This document shows, in pieces, positions 39,006 through 50,719 of a DNA stretch of 64,000 bases. This stretch comes from Candidatus Latescibacterota bacterium (GTDB taxonomy: Bacteria > Latescibacterota > UBA2968). The notes under the pieces were generated by a model. The model was not told where the DNA came from and did not search any database. It was given only the letters and a program-made list of their open reading frames with translations. Both the position numbers and the translations under genes were made by a program. The stretch is from positions 6,144,001 to 6,208,000 of the forward strand of contig OZ241986.1 of the NCBI GenBank assembly GCA_965204375.1. Direction: 5' to 3'. Within the stretch, counting starts at the first letter, position 1. Each line of letters starts with the position of its first letter.

Positions 39006-42000
39006 TCAATCTGCAGCGGTGTGGCGATATGGGGATGTCGATTCAATTTTGGGCGCGCCAAACCATCGCCAGATAAGGCTGATTAGAACGGGTACAACGA
39101 CCAGTGTGAGGGCAGTGGCAAATGCGAGACCAAAGATGACAGCTACGCCCATTGGTCCCCACCATTGACTGCTGCGTCCCCCAATTTCCCATGAAAAGGA
39201 AAGAAAGTCAAAACTGATACCCGTGGCAAGGGGCAACAGGCCCAGGATGGTGGTTATGGCTGTGAGAATGACGGGGCGAAATCTTACGACGCCTGCGCGT
39301 ATGATTGCCTCGCGCGCTGAAAGGCCGCGCTGGCGCAATTGCAGGGTATAGCCGATTAGAACAATGGCGTTGTTGACAACCACGCCCGCAAGGCTGATCA
39401 CACCAATGCCCGTCATGAGAATGCCAAAAGGGGTTCCGGTGACAATCAGGCCGATCAGTACGCCTATCATAGACAAAATGACGGATGTGAGAATGGTAAA
39501 GGGCAGGGCCAGGGAATTGAATTGCGTAATCAGAATGAGTGCGATACCCGCCAACGCTACGAGCAAAGCTCTGGAAAGAAAGGCGGTGGCTTTTTGCTGT
39601 TCTTCATTTTCGCCAGAATAGGCGATCTGATAGCCCGGTGGCAGGGGAAAATTGGATAGGGCTACTTGTACATCGCGCATGGCTGCATCAGATGTGCGGT
39701 CTTGCACTTTGCCTTCGATGGAGATAACGCGCTTGAGATCCTTGCGCCGAATGCTGCCAAATCCCCCGCCCGTTTCTATGCGTGCAACCGCGCTTATGGG
39801 CGTGATTTTGCCATCTTTTTCAATGGTGATGCGTTCGAGGTCGGCGAGGGTGTTGCGCTTGTCGGATTTGAATCTCACGCGAATATCGTATTCGTCTTCG
39901 CCCAATCGATATTCGGATGCTTCTGAGCCGTAAACAGCCGAGCGCACCGTAGCGGCAATCAAGCGCGTATTGAGGCCCGCTATTGCAGCGGCTTCTCGAT
40001 CTACGACGATGCGGACTTCGGGACGCCCCCGGTCGTAATCATCTTTGAGATCGACAACGCCGGGCACTTCGGCCACGATGCGTTTGATACGCGCGGAGAG
40101 CTGACCCAAAATTTCGAAATTTTCGCCGGATATCTCAACGCTGATGGGCGGTCCTACGGGTGGTCCACCGCGTTCCTGAGACAATTCGATTTCAGCGCCG
40201 GTCAGATTTTTGAGTTTGTCGCGAATTTCCTCAATGGTCTTAAAAGAGGATTGCTGTCGAAGGTCTTCATCGATAAAGTCAACGGAGATGCGGCTGGCAT
40301 TTGAAATGCCTTCTCCGGCAGCAAATACATCGCCGCCAGAGACACCCACGTTGGCGACATAGGTTTCAACATCGGGAATATCGGAGAGTATGGATTCGAT
40401 CTGGCGCGCCAGTTGATCCGATGTTTCGAGGTTTGTGCCCGATGGGGCGCGCACATCGATATAGGCTGTATTGGGTTCAATTTCGGGAAAGAATTCGATG
40501 CCCCGGCCTGTGAAATAGTACGCCACAATGACGAGAATGAGTGTACTCGCTGCAAGAAAGAGAGTTATTCCCGGGTAATTGAGTGCGAGTTCGAGGCGAC
40601 GCTGATAGGCGTTGAGGCTGCGCTGGAGGCGGGGTGATGTTTCTTCGACTGTTCCTCGTACTGTCATGAAAGATGCACAAAATGTGGGATTGAGGACGAG
40701 GCCCACAAATAGAGATGAAGATAGGGTTATGATCAGGGTGATGGGCAAATATTTCATGAATTCGCCCATGATACCGGGCCAGACAATCATGGGTGCAAAA
40801 GCACATAATGTCGTCAGTGTTGAGGTGATCACAGGCCATGCAACTTCTCCCGTGCCTTCCAACGCGCCCTGGATGGGAGATTGGCCTTCTTGCCGATGGC
40901 GATAGATGTTTTCGACAATGACGATGGCGTTATCGACGAGCATGCCGAGTGCGAGGATCAAGCTAAACAAAACGATCATATTGAGCGTGATGCCCATAAT
41001 GGAGATAATGACAAAGGCAATGAGCATCGAGAGGGGAATGGCGATACCGACAAAAAAGGCATTGCGGAGGCCCAGGAAGAAGAGGAGCACCAGAATGACG
41101 AGGATGAGGCCGGATACGATATTGTTTTCGAGGTCTTTGACCATCATGCGAATGTCTTCGGACTGGTCGCCCAAAATGGTGATTTGTGTGCCTGCGGGGA
41201 GGGTGGGTTTCAATTCGTCGAGTGCGCTTTTAATCTGATCGGCGATGGCAATTAGATTTTCCCCGCTGCGCTTGACAATTTCGAGGCTCACACTGGGTTT
41301 GTGGTTGAGGCGGGCGTAATTTGTGCGGTCCTTAAACCCATATACGACATCGGCAACATCGCGAATATAGACCGGTCGGCCCTGCGACGCTTTGATGAGG
41401 AGGTCGCCAATTTGGGGAACGGTTTCAAGCTCGCCGGGGACGCGTACGGCGTATTTGTATGCACCCATATCCACGCTACCGCCAGGAAGGGTCAAGTTTT
41501 CGCGTTGAATAGCTTCTATTACTTCCTGGATGGCGAGTTTGTAGGCGACGAGGCGGTCGGGATCTACATCGACTTTGACTTCGTGTTCGAGGCCACCCAC
41601 CACGCGTACTTCGAGAATGCCGGGAATGGTTTCGATATGATCGGCGAAGTCTTCGGCAATTTCTTTGAGCCGAATAAGTCCATAGTCGGCCGACAATGCG
41701 ACGATCATCATGGGGATATTAGAAAAGTTGACTTCGAGAACCACGGGGTCTTCTGCATCATCGGGTAATTCCGATTTGGCGAGATCGACCTTGTCTTTGA
41801 CTCGCTGGAGCGCATTGTCTATGTCGATATTGGGATTAAATTCTACCGTGATTGACGAAGCGCCTTCGACCGAACTCGAGCGGATCACTTTGACGTTTTC
41901 AATGGATTGAAGTTCTTTTTCCAGAGGTCGGGTGATGAGGTTTTCAACATCCTGAGGCGAGGCTCCGATATACGGTGTGCTGACGATGATGAGGGGTATG

Positions 42001-42122
42001 GTAATATCTGGCGCGGCTTCGCGGGGAAGCGACAGATAAGCCGAGATGCCCGAGATGATAAGGATGCCGACAAAGACGTAAACGGTGATGCGATGTTTGA
42101 GCGCGTACGCGGTGATGGTCAT
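39006..42122 (-). CDS. RND efflux permease (AcrB family)
   Basis: LPREAAP, GMLVDNAIVIVEN, RFRPVILTA; 1038 aa. Confidence 0.93.
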   Translation of the reverse strand: MTITAYALKHRITVYVFVGILIISGISAYLSLPREAAPDITIPLIIVSTPYIGASPQDVENLITRPLEKELQSIENVKVIRSSSVEGASSITVEFNPNIDIDNALQRVKDKVDLAKSELPDDAEDPVVLEVNFSNIPMMIVALSADYGLIRLKEIAEDFADHIETIPGILEVRVVGGLEHEVKVDVDPDRLVAYKLAIQEVIEAIQRENLTLPGGSVDMGAYKYAVRVPGELETVPQIGDLLIKASQGRPVYIRDVADVVYGFKDRTNYARLNHKPSVSLEIVKRSGENLIAIADQIKSALDELKPTLPAGTQITILGDQSEDIRMMVKDLENNIVSGLILVILVLLFFLGLRNAFFVGIAIPLSMLIAFVIISIMGITLNMIVLFSLILALGMLVDNAIVIVENIYRHRQEGQSPIQGALEGTGEVAWPVITSTLTTLCAFAPMIVWPGIMGEFMKYLPITLIITLSSSLFVGLVLNPTFCASFMTVRGTVEETSPRLQRSLNAYQRRLELALNYPGITLFLAASTLILVIVAYYFTGRGIEFFPEIEPNTAYIDVRAPSGTNLETSDQLARQIESILSDIPDVETYVANVGVSGGDVFAAGEGISNASRISVDFIDEDLRQQSSFKTIEEIRDKLKNLTGAEIELSQERGGPPVGPPISVEISGENFEILGQLSARIKRIVAEVPGVVDLKDDYDRGRPEVRIVVDREAAAIAGLNTRLIAATVRSAVYGSEASEYRLGEDEYDIRVRFKSDKRNTLADLERITIEKDGKITPISAVARIETGGGFGSIRRKDLKRVISIEGKVQDRTSDAAMRDVQVALSNFPLPPGYQIAYSGENEEQQKATAFLSRALLVALAGIALILITQFNSLALPFTILTSVILSMIGVLIGLIVTGTPFGILMTGIGVISLAGVVVNNAIVLIGYTLQLRQRGLSAREAIIRAGVVRFRPVILTAITTILGLLPLATGISFDFLSFSWEIGGRSSQWWGPMGVAVIFGLAFATALTLVVVPVLISLIWRWFGAPKIESTSPYRHTAAD

Positions 42123-43168
42123 GGGAGGGGTTCCGCATATTTTATTGCCACGCGATCGCCATCAATGAGATCTCGCCCGCCTTTGACGATGATCTGATCG
42201 CCAAAGGCAAGCCCCTTTTGGACGACGACGCGGTCGGCTTCTGATGGCCCCAGGCTGAGCGGACGCAAAAGTGCCCTGTTGTTTTTCACGACAAAGGCCA
42301 CAGGCCCGGTTTCGCGTTCGATAATGGCTTCGCGGGGAATGACAACGACATGTCGGTGAATGCGGCGCCTGGCTTTCAGCGTGCCGATCATGCCGGGACG
42401 GATATGCCCTGTTGGATTGGGCAGGTAGATTTCAATGGGGAAAACCCTCTGGTCTGTATCTGCTGCCGGGCCAACATGGGCGATTGTGCCCTCATAGGTC
42501 TGGTTCGGCAGAGCGTCGAGGACGAGGGTGACGAGGCCGCCTTCGGCAAAGTCGATGATTTCGCTCTCGGCTACCCAGGCCGCAACACGCAAGCTGTCGG
42601 TTTGAACGATGCGAAATGTTGCATCACCTCGCGCGATATGTTGCCCCTGTGAGATGTATCGCTTTGCGATGTGGCCCGAAAAAGGCGCTTGTATCCGCCC
42701 GTAAGAGAGCCGATGTTTTAAGGTCTGTGCCGTTGATTTGGCTTTTTGGAAGTCGTATTCTGTAGAAAAATACGCCTGTTCGGAGATCGATCCTTCCGAG
42801 AAAAGTTGTTTGCTGCGCTCGTAATTGTAGGCTTGAAATTTGAGATTGGCGTCGGCTTCAATCAATGCGGCTTGCAGAAGCTTCATGTTGAGTTGCGCGA
42901 GATTCTCTCCGCGTTTGACGTAATCGCCTACATTTTTGTACGTGCCGATGACCTCTCCTGGTTCGAGTGCACTGATGGTCACATCGCGCCAGGCATTTAC
43001 TGTGGCAGACAGCCTGCTGTATTGGACGAGTGAATCGGGTTTGAGTACAAATGTGGATACATTGGTGGTGCGCTCTAATGGCATTTCTTTTTGTGCCGAA
43101 GATTCGTCTCCACAGCCCAGATGGACCGCGATCAAGAGACAGGGTATTAAAAGCCTGTATAAATTCAT
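42119..43168 (-). CDS. RND membrane fusion (periplasmic adaptor) protein
   Basis: VGDYVKRG, IQAPFSG, RPGM. Confidence 0.9.
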   Translation of the reverse strand: MNLYRLLIPCLLIAVHLGCGDESSAQKEMPLERTTNVSTFVLKPDSLVQYSRLSATVNAWRDVTISALEPGEVIGTYKNVGDYVKRGENLAQLNMKLLQAALIEADANLKFQAYNYERSKQLFSEGSISEQAYFSTEYDFQKAKSTAQTLKHRLSYGRIQAPFSGHIAKRYISQGQHIARGDATFRIVQTDSLRVAAWVAESEIIDFAEGGLVTLVLDALPNQTYEGTIAHVGPAADTDQRVFPIEIYLPNPTGHIRPGMIGTLKARRRIHRHVVVIPREAIIERETGPVAFVVKNNRALLRPLSLGPSEADRVVVQKGLAFGDQIIVKGGRDLIDGDRVAIKYAEPLP

Positions 43169-44520
43169 GGTTTATCCTCTTCACCCAAAATGCCCGCACT
43201 GAGTTCTAAATGTACGAGGGTGACCGCAAGGTCTCGCTTTGCGCGCGCGAGTTCGGCTTCGGCGCGTTGTAAGGTGAGTTGTCCATCGATGACTTCGATC
43301 TGGGTGCCAACGCCATTTTCATAACGCGATTCCGCGATTTCCAAGCCTCTACGGGCGAGATCGACCGCCTGTATTTGCGTGCTTTTTCTGGCGCGAACTT
43401 CGAGAAAAGTGCGCCACGCTTGCAGGACGTTGAAACGCACGTCGCGCTCGGTCTGATTTCGGACTAGTTCGGCTTGCCGCGTGTCCGAGCGGGCCTGCGC
43501 AACCTGTGTACCTGTGCGAAAGCCATCGAAAATGGGAATGTTGATGGCGATGCCTGAAAACCAGCTCTGGCGAAAATCGTCTTTTACAAAATCAAATTCG
43601 TTTTTTTGCGCCTGCCATTGTCCATTGACAATCAAATCTATGGTTGGGCGAGATTCTGCCTGGGCAATGGTCTCTGCATGCTGGAGCATTTCGACCTCGA
43701 GGCGGTACTGGCGCACAATGGGATTCATTTGCATTGAGAGGTCAATCAAACCTGTCTCGGCACTGGTCGATAAAAGGTGAGATTTTTCGCGGAAACTCCC
43801 ACGAGGTGTAATGGATTCGTCGGGATCAAGGCCGATCTGATTTTTGAACGCGAGATCTGCCAATATACGCGCATTTTCTGTACTTATGGAATCTGTCAGC
43901 AATTCGGCGACCTGTACCTGTGCGCGCAGCAAATCGTAGTCCGATACGCGACCTGCCTCGCGCAATTTTTCGACGCGCCTGAAATTTGCACGCGCACGCG
44001 CTACAGAAGATTTGCTGACTCGCGTGAGTTCGCTGGCCAACATCAGGTCGTAAAAAGCCGTTTCGACCTGGGTGTGTAATTGGTGCTTTGCAGCGCGTAC
44101 CTTTTCCATCGAAAATTGCCGGAATAGACGCGCAGCGCGCATAGCCGAAAAAGATTTGCCCCCACCCCAAATGGATTGTCGAATGCCGACCGTGCCGATG
44201 AGGTTGTTGTGCGCCCCTACGGTAAATTGTTGCTGGCCTGCTGGCGTTTCAAAGAAAAAGGTGGGTAGCAACCAGTTGCGCGTGTACTGCATGGTGATAT
44301 CGAGTTGGGGGAGAACGTCGGCTACTGCATGGCGAACCCGTTGGCGCGATTTGTCCAGATCTTCGCGCGCGATTAGCAGGTCTTCATTGTGCGATAGCGC
44401 GTGCTGCAAACTCTCTTCGAGTGTAATAGATCGAGAATGCGCTCTGGGGAGCGCAAAAAAGAGGGACAGAAGGCCGATGATACACAGCCATCGGCAAAGA
44501 GATATATAGTCCATCGACAT
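43165..44520 (-). CDS. TolC-family outer membrane efflux protein
   Basis: ITLEESLQHAL, IPIFDG, RYENGVGT. Confidence 0.9.
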   Translation of the reverse strand: MSMDYISLCRWLCIIGLLSLFFALPRAHSRSITLEESLQHALSHNEDLLIAREDLDKSRQRVRHAVADVLPQLDITMQYTRNWLLPTFFFETPAGQQQFTVGAHNNLIGTVGIRQSIWGGGKSFSAMRAARLFRQFSMEKVRAAKHQLHTQVETAFYDLMLASELTRVSKSSVARARANFRRVEKLREAGRVSDYDLLRAQVQVAELLTDSISTENARILADLAFKNQIGLDPDESITPRGSFREKSHLLSTSAETGLIDLSMQMNPIVRQYRLEVEMLQHAETIAQAESRPTIDLIVNGQWQAQKNEFDFVKDDFRQSWFSGIAINIPIFDGFRTGTQVAQARSDTRQAELVRNQTERDVRFNVLQAWRTFLEVRARKSTQIQAVDLARRGLEIAESRYENGVGTQIEVIDGQLTLQRAEAELARAKRDLAVTLVHLELSAGILGEEDKP

Positions 44521-44598
44521 TTGGAGGGCGTTAAATTTAGGTCGAGATATTAGTTACCCAAAAATCTACAGGGTTTTGCCATGTGATGTCAAGGCGTT

Positions 44599-45471
44599 TC
44601 ACAAATTCATACGGGAAACGCTGTCCGATAGTGCCAATGCCTGGACAGTTTCCGCGACATCGTGAACCCTTATAATATGAACGCCTGCAATTGCGCCCCA
44701 GGTGGCTGCAGAAATGCTGCCCGGCAGGCGCTCCTGAGGGTGGCTTTGGGGCGCGGTAAATTGCTTGCGAGATGCACCTATGAGAAGGGGGTATCCCAGC
44801 GTGTGAAATTCGGATAGTCGGGCGAGTATCTCGATATTGTGCGCGTATTTTTTGCCGAAACCGAGCCCGGGATCAATCACAATTTGAGATTGGGAAATGT
44901 CCATCTCTTCTGCGCTGTTGATTTGTGTGCTTAAAAAGTCGAGAATATCGGACACGACATCGTCGTACGCGGGGTTCTGTTGCATGGTTGAGGGCGTTCC
45001 CTGCATGTGCATGAGGATAACAGCAACTCCGGTTTCTGAAATCAGGTGTATCATGCCGGGATCAAAACGCAGGGCGCTGATGTCGTTGACAATGGTTGCG
45101 CCGTTGTCAATGGCCTGTCGGGCGACCTCGGCTTTGGTCGTGTCTATGGAGATGGGCACGTTGAGTTGCGGAGCAATGGCCTCAATAATGGGAATGGTGC
45201 GGTTCAGTTCTTCTTTTAGCGAGATGACAGGCGCGCCTTTGCCATAAGGTCCGGCTGGACGGGATGATTCACCCCCTATATCGATCATGTCGGCACCGGC
45301 TTCAACCAGTGCCAATGCGCGCTCAACCGCTTTGCGTGGTTCAAAATAAAGGCCGCCGTCTGAGAACGAGTCTGGCGTGACATTGAGAATGCCCATCACG
45401 AGTGTTCGATGACCCAATTGAAGGGGCGTGCCGCAGCATGAAAGCTGGTAAACAGGGCGCGGGTGTTTCAT
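44599..45471 (-). CDS. folP: Dihydropteroate synthase
   Basis: MGILNVTPDSFSDGG, DPGLGF, SRK, RVHDV; likely start MKHP at 45471. Confidence 0.95.
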   Translation of the reverse strand: MKHPRPVYQLSCCGTPLQLGHRTLVMGILNVTPDSFSDGGLYFEPRKAVERALALVEAGADMIDIGGESSRPAGPYGKGAPVISLKEELNRTIPIIEAIAPQLNVPISIDTTKAEVARQAIDNGATIVNDISALRFDPGMIHLISETGVAVILMHMQGTPSTMQQNPAYDDVVSDILDFLSTQINSAEEMDISQSQIVIDPGLGFGKKYAHNIEILARLSEFHTLGYPLLIGASRKQFTAPQSHPQERLPGSISAATWGAIAGVHIIRVHDVAETVQALALSDSVSRMNL

Positions 45472-45484
45472 GGGTGAGGTGTAC

Positions 45485-45519
45485 AAAAAAAAGAGATGGC
45501 AACCGCCATCTCTTTTTTT
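45485..45519. terminator. Symmetric intrinsic terminator at the ftsH stop
   Basis: A-tract-GAGATGGC-AACC-GCCATCTC-T-tract perfect hairpin. Confidence 0.85.
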
Positions 45520-47644
45520 AGTCATCCGATGGCTGTTTTTCTGGTTCAGAGGTGTGTTGTTCCGATGTTTGGTCTTCCTGTTCTTCTTCCGATTTTTCTG
45601 ACTGTTTTTCTGGCTCGACTGGCTTTTCGAGTGTTTTGCCTTCTAATAATTGGTCGAGCTGTACATCGTCGAGGGTTTCAAATTCGAGCAATGCTTTGGC
45701 AAGGATGTGGACTTTGTCGATGTTATCACCGAGCAATTGTTCGGCGCGGGACTCGGCTTTGAGTACGAAGTTTTTGATTTCCTCGTCGATCATTTCGGCC
45801 ACTCTGTCGCTGTGATCTCGACGTTGTGCCATTTCGCGCCCAAGGAATATTTCGTCGTTTTGTTGCCCGTAAGCAATAGGACCGAGTTTTGGACTCATGC
45901 CCCAATCGCAAACCATCTGTCGGGCGAGATTGGTGGCCATGCGGTAGTCTTGCTGCCCGCCTGTTGTGATTTCGCCAAAAACGAGTTTTTCGGCAATTCT
46001 TCCCCCCAATGCGTAAGCGAGAACCGCTTCACAATAACTCTGGGGATAGGTGTGACGCTCGTCGATGGGCAGGGTGTGTGTGACACCGAGGGCACGCCCA
46101 CGAGGAATGATGGTCACTTTGTGGAGGGGATCGCTTTCCGGAATGAGTTTGGCAACCAGCGCGTGACCAATTTCGTGATAGGACGTGAGGCGTTTTTCTT
46201 TGTCGGAAATGACAAGGCTGCGTCGCTCTGCACCCATCATGACTTTGTCTTTGGCATCTTCAAAGTCGTTCATGGTTACGCGGTCTCGATTATTTCTGGA
46301 AGCCAGAAGTGCGGCTTCGTTGACCAGATTGGCGAGGTCTGCGCCTGCCAGTCCGGGAGTTCCGCGTGCCAGCACCTGTAAGTTGACGTCGTCGGAGAGG
46401 GGGGTGTTGCGGGTGTGGACTTTCAAAATGCCTTCGCGCCCCCTGATATCGGGACGATCTACCACGACCTGGCGGTCGAAGCGCCCGGGGCGCAATAGGG
46501 CGGGGTCGAGCACGTCGGGGCGGTTGGTAGCAGCGATGAGGATGAGGCCCTCTTTGGATTCAAAACCATCCATTTCAACGAGGAGTTGATTGAGGGTTTG
46601 CTCGCGTTCGTCGTGACCGCCTCCAATACCTGCACCTCGGTGCCGCCCCACAGCATCTATTTCGTCGATAAAGATGATGCACGGGGCGTGATTTTTCCCC
46701 TGCTCAAAGAGATCGCGCACGCGCGAGGCACCCACGCCGACAAACATTTCGACAAAATCTGAGCCGCTCATTAAAAAGAATGGGACATCCGCTTCGCCTG
46801 CGACAGCGCGTGCCATGTGCGTTTTGCCCGTGCCGGGGGGACCAACCAGGAGTACGCCTTTTGGAATGCGTCCGCCCAGACGTTGAAATTTGCGCGGATC
46901 TTTCAGAAATTCGATGATTTCTTGTAGTTCTTGTTTGGCTTCTTCGGCACCTGCAACGTCTTTGAATGTGATTTGGGTTTTATCTTCAGAGACGAGTTTT
47001 GCCTTGCTTTTGCCAAAGCTGAACGCGCCTTTGGGACCACCTTGCATCTGGCGCAAAATGAAAAGCCAAAGCCCTATGAACAGTATCCAGGGCAAAAAAT
47101 TAAAAAATATGTTGAGCCAGTTGGAGGGCTTTTGAAAGCGAAAGTCAACGCCGTATTTGAGCCATTCTTCGCGGGTCTGGGCATCTACGACGCCCAGGTC
47201 AACGACAAAATCGCGAAAGGTGTGCTGTTGTCTTCGTCCCGGGGGAGTAAGCTCTTCTGCGACGAGGTGGCCGTGAAATTCGTTATCAATAATGATCGCG
47301 CTCTGGATTTTTCCTTCTTCGAGAAGCATTTTGTACTCTTTGTAGCTGAGCACGACATCGCTGGAAGGGTCGCTGCCAAAAAATTTGGAAGCAAAAATGG
47401 CAACCAGGACAAAAAATATCCAGAAAGCCAGTGGTTTTGAGATGTGCCGCCAGGGCCGCTTGCCATTCTCCGAAGCCCCATTGCGATCAGCGTTATCCCG
47501 ATTGAGCACTGACAAGTTGGGGCGCCGTTCTTTTTTTTCTGCAGGCGCGTCATCTTCAGGCTGTGTGGGAGCACGATCAGGCGTCTCGTCGGATGACTGT
47601 GTTTCTTCATCCGGTTTCGAGTCCCTGTCTTTGGGGTCGGTCAT
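45518..47644 (-). CDS. ftsH: ATP-dependent zinc metalloprotease FtsH
   Basis: [26 protein letters not shown]; start at 47644 overlaps tilS stop. Confidence 0.96.
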   Translation of the reverse strand: MTDPKDRDSKPDEETQSSDETPDRAPTQPEDDAPAEKKERRPNLSVLNRDNADRNGASENGKRPWRHISKPLAFWIFFVLVAIFASKFFGSDPSSDVVLSYKEYKMLLEEGKIQSAIIIDNEFHGHLVAEELTPPGRRQQHTFRDFVVDLGVVDAQTREEWLKYGVDFRFQKPSNWLNIFFNFLPWILFIGLWLFILRQMQGGPKGAFSFGKSKAKLVSEDKTQITFKDVAGAEEAKQELQEIIEFLKDPRKFQRLGGRIPKGVLLVGPPGTGKTHMARAVAGEADVPFFLMSGSDFVEMFVGVGASRVRDLFEQGKNHAPCIIFIDEIDAVGRHRGAGIGGGHDEREQTLNQLLVEMDGFESKEGLILIAATNRPDVLDPALLRPGRFDRQVVVDRPDIRGREGILKVHTRNTPLSDDVNLQVLARGTPGLAGADLANLVNEAALLASRNNRDRVTMNDFEDAKDKVMMGAERRSLVISDKEKRLTSYHEIGHALVAKLIPESDPLHKVTIIPRGRALGVTHTLPIDERHTYPQSYCEAVLAYALGGRIAEKLVFGEITTGGQQDYRMATNLARQMVCDWGMSPKLGPIAYGQQNDEIFLGREMAQRRDHSDRVAEMIDEEIKNFVLKAESRAEQLLGDNIDKVHILAKALLEFETLDDVQLDQLLEGKTLEKPVEPEKQSEKSEEEQEDQTSEQHTSEPEKQPSDD

Positions 47645-49077
47645 AAATGCCTCTTTTCGCATTGTGTGATCATGCTACTATAGGTTGCTTTGAGCACGCG
47701 CCGGGTATCTGGTGTGATGGGTGCGACCTGTGAACGCCGAAGTCCAACGACCCACAGAATGGTCGCACCGCTCACCAGCAGTGGTATTTCACCGCGCAGT
47801 GGGCGGGGTATTTTGCTGTCGCCGAATAATCTGCTGACTTTTTTTTTCCCCCGCATGCCAAAAGGGTGAAACCAGTCGCCCGGTCTGGGTGAACGGAGAT
47901 ACAACGCCCGGTTGGGAAGTTGATCTAGGTCAAAAAAGACGGTGTGTTCCGCTGTCTTTGAACTGCTGTGGCAGTTGTACACCGTTCTCAGGTGCCCCTG
48001 GTTGACCCGGTTTAATATTTTTGTTGAGAATTTGCCGTTGATATCGAGCGGCACATCGGGTTCAACCAAAAAGCAGTAAGCTCGGGCGGGTTGGGTTATA
48101 ATGAGTGTGTCATGCGTGCGATAAGCTGAGATTTCTGGTGTTATTTGAACGCTGTTTCCAGGAGTGGAAGAAATTTCGAGAATGCGTTCAACAACCTGGA
48201 AACGCGCGGCCTCGGCACTGGCCTGAAGGGCAAAGAGCACCTTTCGAATCAGGCGACGCCGAAGTGATATATGATAACCGAAAAATCGCTTAACATCAAG
48301 GATAAATTTTCGGCTGTCGCGGTACAGGAGGGTTTCTGAAAGTGCCTGTTCCGCAATGTTTTCGAGGTGTGCATCGTCATTCTGTAGCAGGGTCGCCAAG
48401 CGTGAAAGGAGGTCTTCGATTTGGGGATTATACGCCTTTTGCAGGTGGGGTATCAGGTCTGTGCGAATGCGATTGCGCAAAAATTTTGGATCGCTATTTG
48501 TTTCATCGCGCAGCACCTGCAAATTGCGAGTGCGTACATAAGATTCAATTTCCGATCTGGAAATTGAGAGCAAAGGACGAATCCAACACGCTTCTGAGAT
48601 TGGACGGATACCCCCCAATCCGGTGAGTCCTGAACCGCGAACGAGTCGGAACAGAACGGTTTCTGCCTGATCGCTTTTTGTATGGCCAAGCGCGATCCGA
48701 TTTGCGCCGGTTTTCTGTTTTACGGTGTCGAGAAATGTCCGTCGTGCATCGCGCGCTGCTTCTTCGAGAGATTGTTTTTTATTTTTTGCCCGTTGCACAA
48801 CATCTTCCTTTTCGATATAGACGGGATAGTTGCGGGCGATCTGTTTGACAAACGCGGCATCGCTTTCGGCATTGGGGCGAAGTTGATGATTGAGATGCGC
48901 GATATAAAGTGTGAGGTTCCATTTTGCTTTGAGGCGGTGGAGCAGATCGAATAAGGTGACGGAGTCGGGACCACCGGACAGAGCTATGACCACTCTATCA
49001 CCTGGTGTGAGGAGGCGTTCTTGTTGGATATAGGCTTCAACGCGATGTAGAATATCCAGGGACATGCCGAGTTCCAT
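47641..49077 (-). CDS. tilS: tRNA(Ile)-lysidine synthetase
   Basis: [20 protein letters not shown]. Confidence 0.95.
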   Translation of the reverse strand: MELGMSLDILHRVEAYIQQERLLTPGDRVVIALSGGPDSVTLFDLLHRLKAKWNLTLYIAHLNHQLRPNAESDAAFVKQIARNYPVYIEKEDVVQRAKNKKQSLEEAARDARRTFLDTVKQKTGANRIALGHTKSDQAETVLFRLVRGSGLTGLGGIRPISEACWIRPLLSISRSEIESYVRTRNLQVLRDETNSDPKFLRNRIRTDLIPHLQKAYNPQIEDLLSRLATLLQNDDAHLENIAEQALSETLLYRDSRKFILDVKRFFGYHISLRRRLIRKVLFALQASAEAARFQVVERILEISSTPGNSVQITPEISAYRTHDTLIITQPARAYCFLVEPDVPLDINGKFSTKILNRVNQGHLRTVYNCHSSSKTAEHTVFFDLDQLPNRALYLRSPRPGDWFHPFGMRGKKKVSRLFGDSKIPRPLRGEIPLLVSGATILWVVGLRRSQVAPITPDTRRVLKATYSSMITQCEKRHL

Positions 49078-49140
49078 TTTGCAAGTGTTTAGACGCGCAA
49101 ATAGCGTCTGAAGTTTCCCGTATAACTTATGGTAAATATA

Positions 49141-49171
49141 AAAAAATCGGCTGTGAATTTACAGCCGATTT
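49141..49171 (-). terminator. Intrinsic terminator
   Basis: AAATCGGCTGT/ACAGCCGATTT stem with T-tract on the minus strand. Confidence 0.75.
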
Positions 49172-49183
49172 ATACGTTTGTGA

Positions 49184-50719
49184 CTAAAAGTAGGTATTGA
49201 GGCGCATTTCCACGCCTTTGAAGGGGAGTACCAGATAGCAGGTCCCCGATGTGCAAGCGGTGCCTCCCCGCCGTTCGCCCACAAAGAGGACGGCGTCGTA
49301 ATGCGTGCCAAACCGCGCATTGAGGTTGAGAGATACGAAGGTGCGGCTGCCCGTTTCGATGTCGAAAGTTTCTGGGCGGTCAACTTCAAAAGGGTCGGTT
49401 GTGTGATCGACGACAAGAGCTGCGCCAAAACCGCGCGCGTGTTGTGCAGAGAGCGCGCCATAAGCATTGGAGAAGTACGGGTCGTTTTCATAATGGACGG
49501 CGCGTTGATATTGAAGGTCGAAGCCGAGGGTATGACCTCGAACGGTTGTGGTTTCAAAAAGCACGCCACCCGTGCGGTGGCTGTCGATGCTTTCGAGGTC
49601 GTCTTTGCCCCAGTTAAAAAAGAAGGTGGCGGTCAGGTTGTCAAATTTGTACAGATCAAAAGAGAAATGTCTTTCTTTAAAAAAGGTCTGTATAGTCTCG
49701 GATAAGTCATTGCGTGCGTGGCTGATATTGACCGTGAAATTACCCAGGCCCAGTTGCGTATAAGTGCCTTCGATCTGGTAGCCTTTTTCGCCAGTGAGCT
49801 GTAGTTGATGTGTGTTTTTATTCAGCAAAAAGGCAGTGTGTTCTCGGATAAGCGACGGTGGATCATTGAAGGGGAGATGCATGTTGTCGTAATCTTTGTA
49901 TTCAACACTTAATCCCAGATTGTTCCAGCCCACATTGCTCGATAAGTATAGAGCAGTTCCTTTTTCGTCGTCTTCGCGTCGCGCATATTCGCCTTCGCGC
50001 TGCGCGTATTCACCGTAGAAGCTGCCGTATAGACCGGCCTTTTGCAGGATATTAGAGAGGTCGAGATCGGCAAAACCAGACCAGGCCCAATTTTTGTCGA
50101 TGAGGGAATCTCTGGGGGTGATGTGAACGCCCGTACCGCCAATTTTGAGGTTGGAAGAGAGTCTGACGGCGAGTTCGCCACCCGTGGCCCAATCTCCGCG
50201 ACGGGAAACACTGCGTGGCGGGGTGCCGGATTTGGCACCTGGGGGAATATCGCTGAGTGCTGATCGGCCGATGAGCGCTTTGGCTACTACGCGATTGCCA
50301 GTCCACGAGGCTGTCGCGCCTTCGAGATCCTGGGTCTGAGCATATCGCAGACGATAAATGGGGCTTTCGAGTACGACGCCGGGCAGTTCAAATGCGCGAA
50401 GTGTGAGGCCCCGCCCGAGAATTGCGTAGTAATTGCCGATTTCCACATTCGCAGCACCATGGTTCCACCGGGCGTATTTTTGTGTGATTTGATACGTTTC
50501 GCGGTCCGCCCCCCAGGTGTTATAAACTTCTGCTCTTAAACCGACCTGCAATCCCTTTTGCGTAAAATCGAGATTCAACTGGTTGTAGGCCGTAGAGATG
50601 GCTGTGGAGTCAGATCCCGGTATTTCACCGCGTTGCATTTCTGTCAATCCCGTGACGGTAATTTGTGCAGAAATGGGGGCTGTGAAGAGCAGGATAAAGA
50701 GCAGGCTACTTGCTTTCAT
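49184..50719 (-). CDS. Outer-membrane beta-barrel protein (DUF6029-like)
   Basis: Signal peptide, GNYYAILGRGLTLR, SVEYKDY, C-terminal GGTACTSGTCY and final Phe. Confidence 0.65.
   Translation of the reverse strand: MKASSLLFILLFTAPISAQITVTGLTEMQRGEIPGSDSTAISTAYNQLNLDFTQKGLQVGLRAEVYNTWGADRETYQITQKYARWNHGAANVEIGNYYAILGRGLTLRAFELPGVVLESPIYRLRYAQTQDLEGATASWTGNRVVAKALIGRSALSDIPPGAKSGTPPRSVSRRGDWATGGELAVRLSSNLKIGGTGVHITPRDSLIDKNWAWSGFADLDLSNILQKAGLYGSFYGEYAQREGEYARREDDEKGTALYLSSNVGWNNLGLSVEYKDYDNMHLPFNDPPSLIREHTAFLLNKNTHQLQLTGEKGYQIEGTYTQLGLGNFTVNISHARNDLSETIQTFFKERHFSFDLYKFDNLTATFFFNWGKDDLESIDSHRTGGVLFETTTVRGHTLGFDLQYQRAVHYENDPYFSNAYGALSAQHARGFGAALVVDHTTDPFEVDRPETFDIETGSRTFVSLNLNARFGTHYDAVLFVGERRGGTACTSGTCYLVLPFKGVEMRLNTYF

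Noticed and set aside
39006-49077. RND efflux genes and folP-ftsH-tilS as a novel system
   Set aside because: Ordinary conserved genes; absence of hpt between tilS and ftsH is common
49973-50014. 21-bp imperfect duplication GEYAQRE/GEYARRE in the barrel gene
   Set aside because: Minor in-frame loop duplication with no evident consequence
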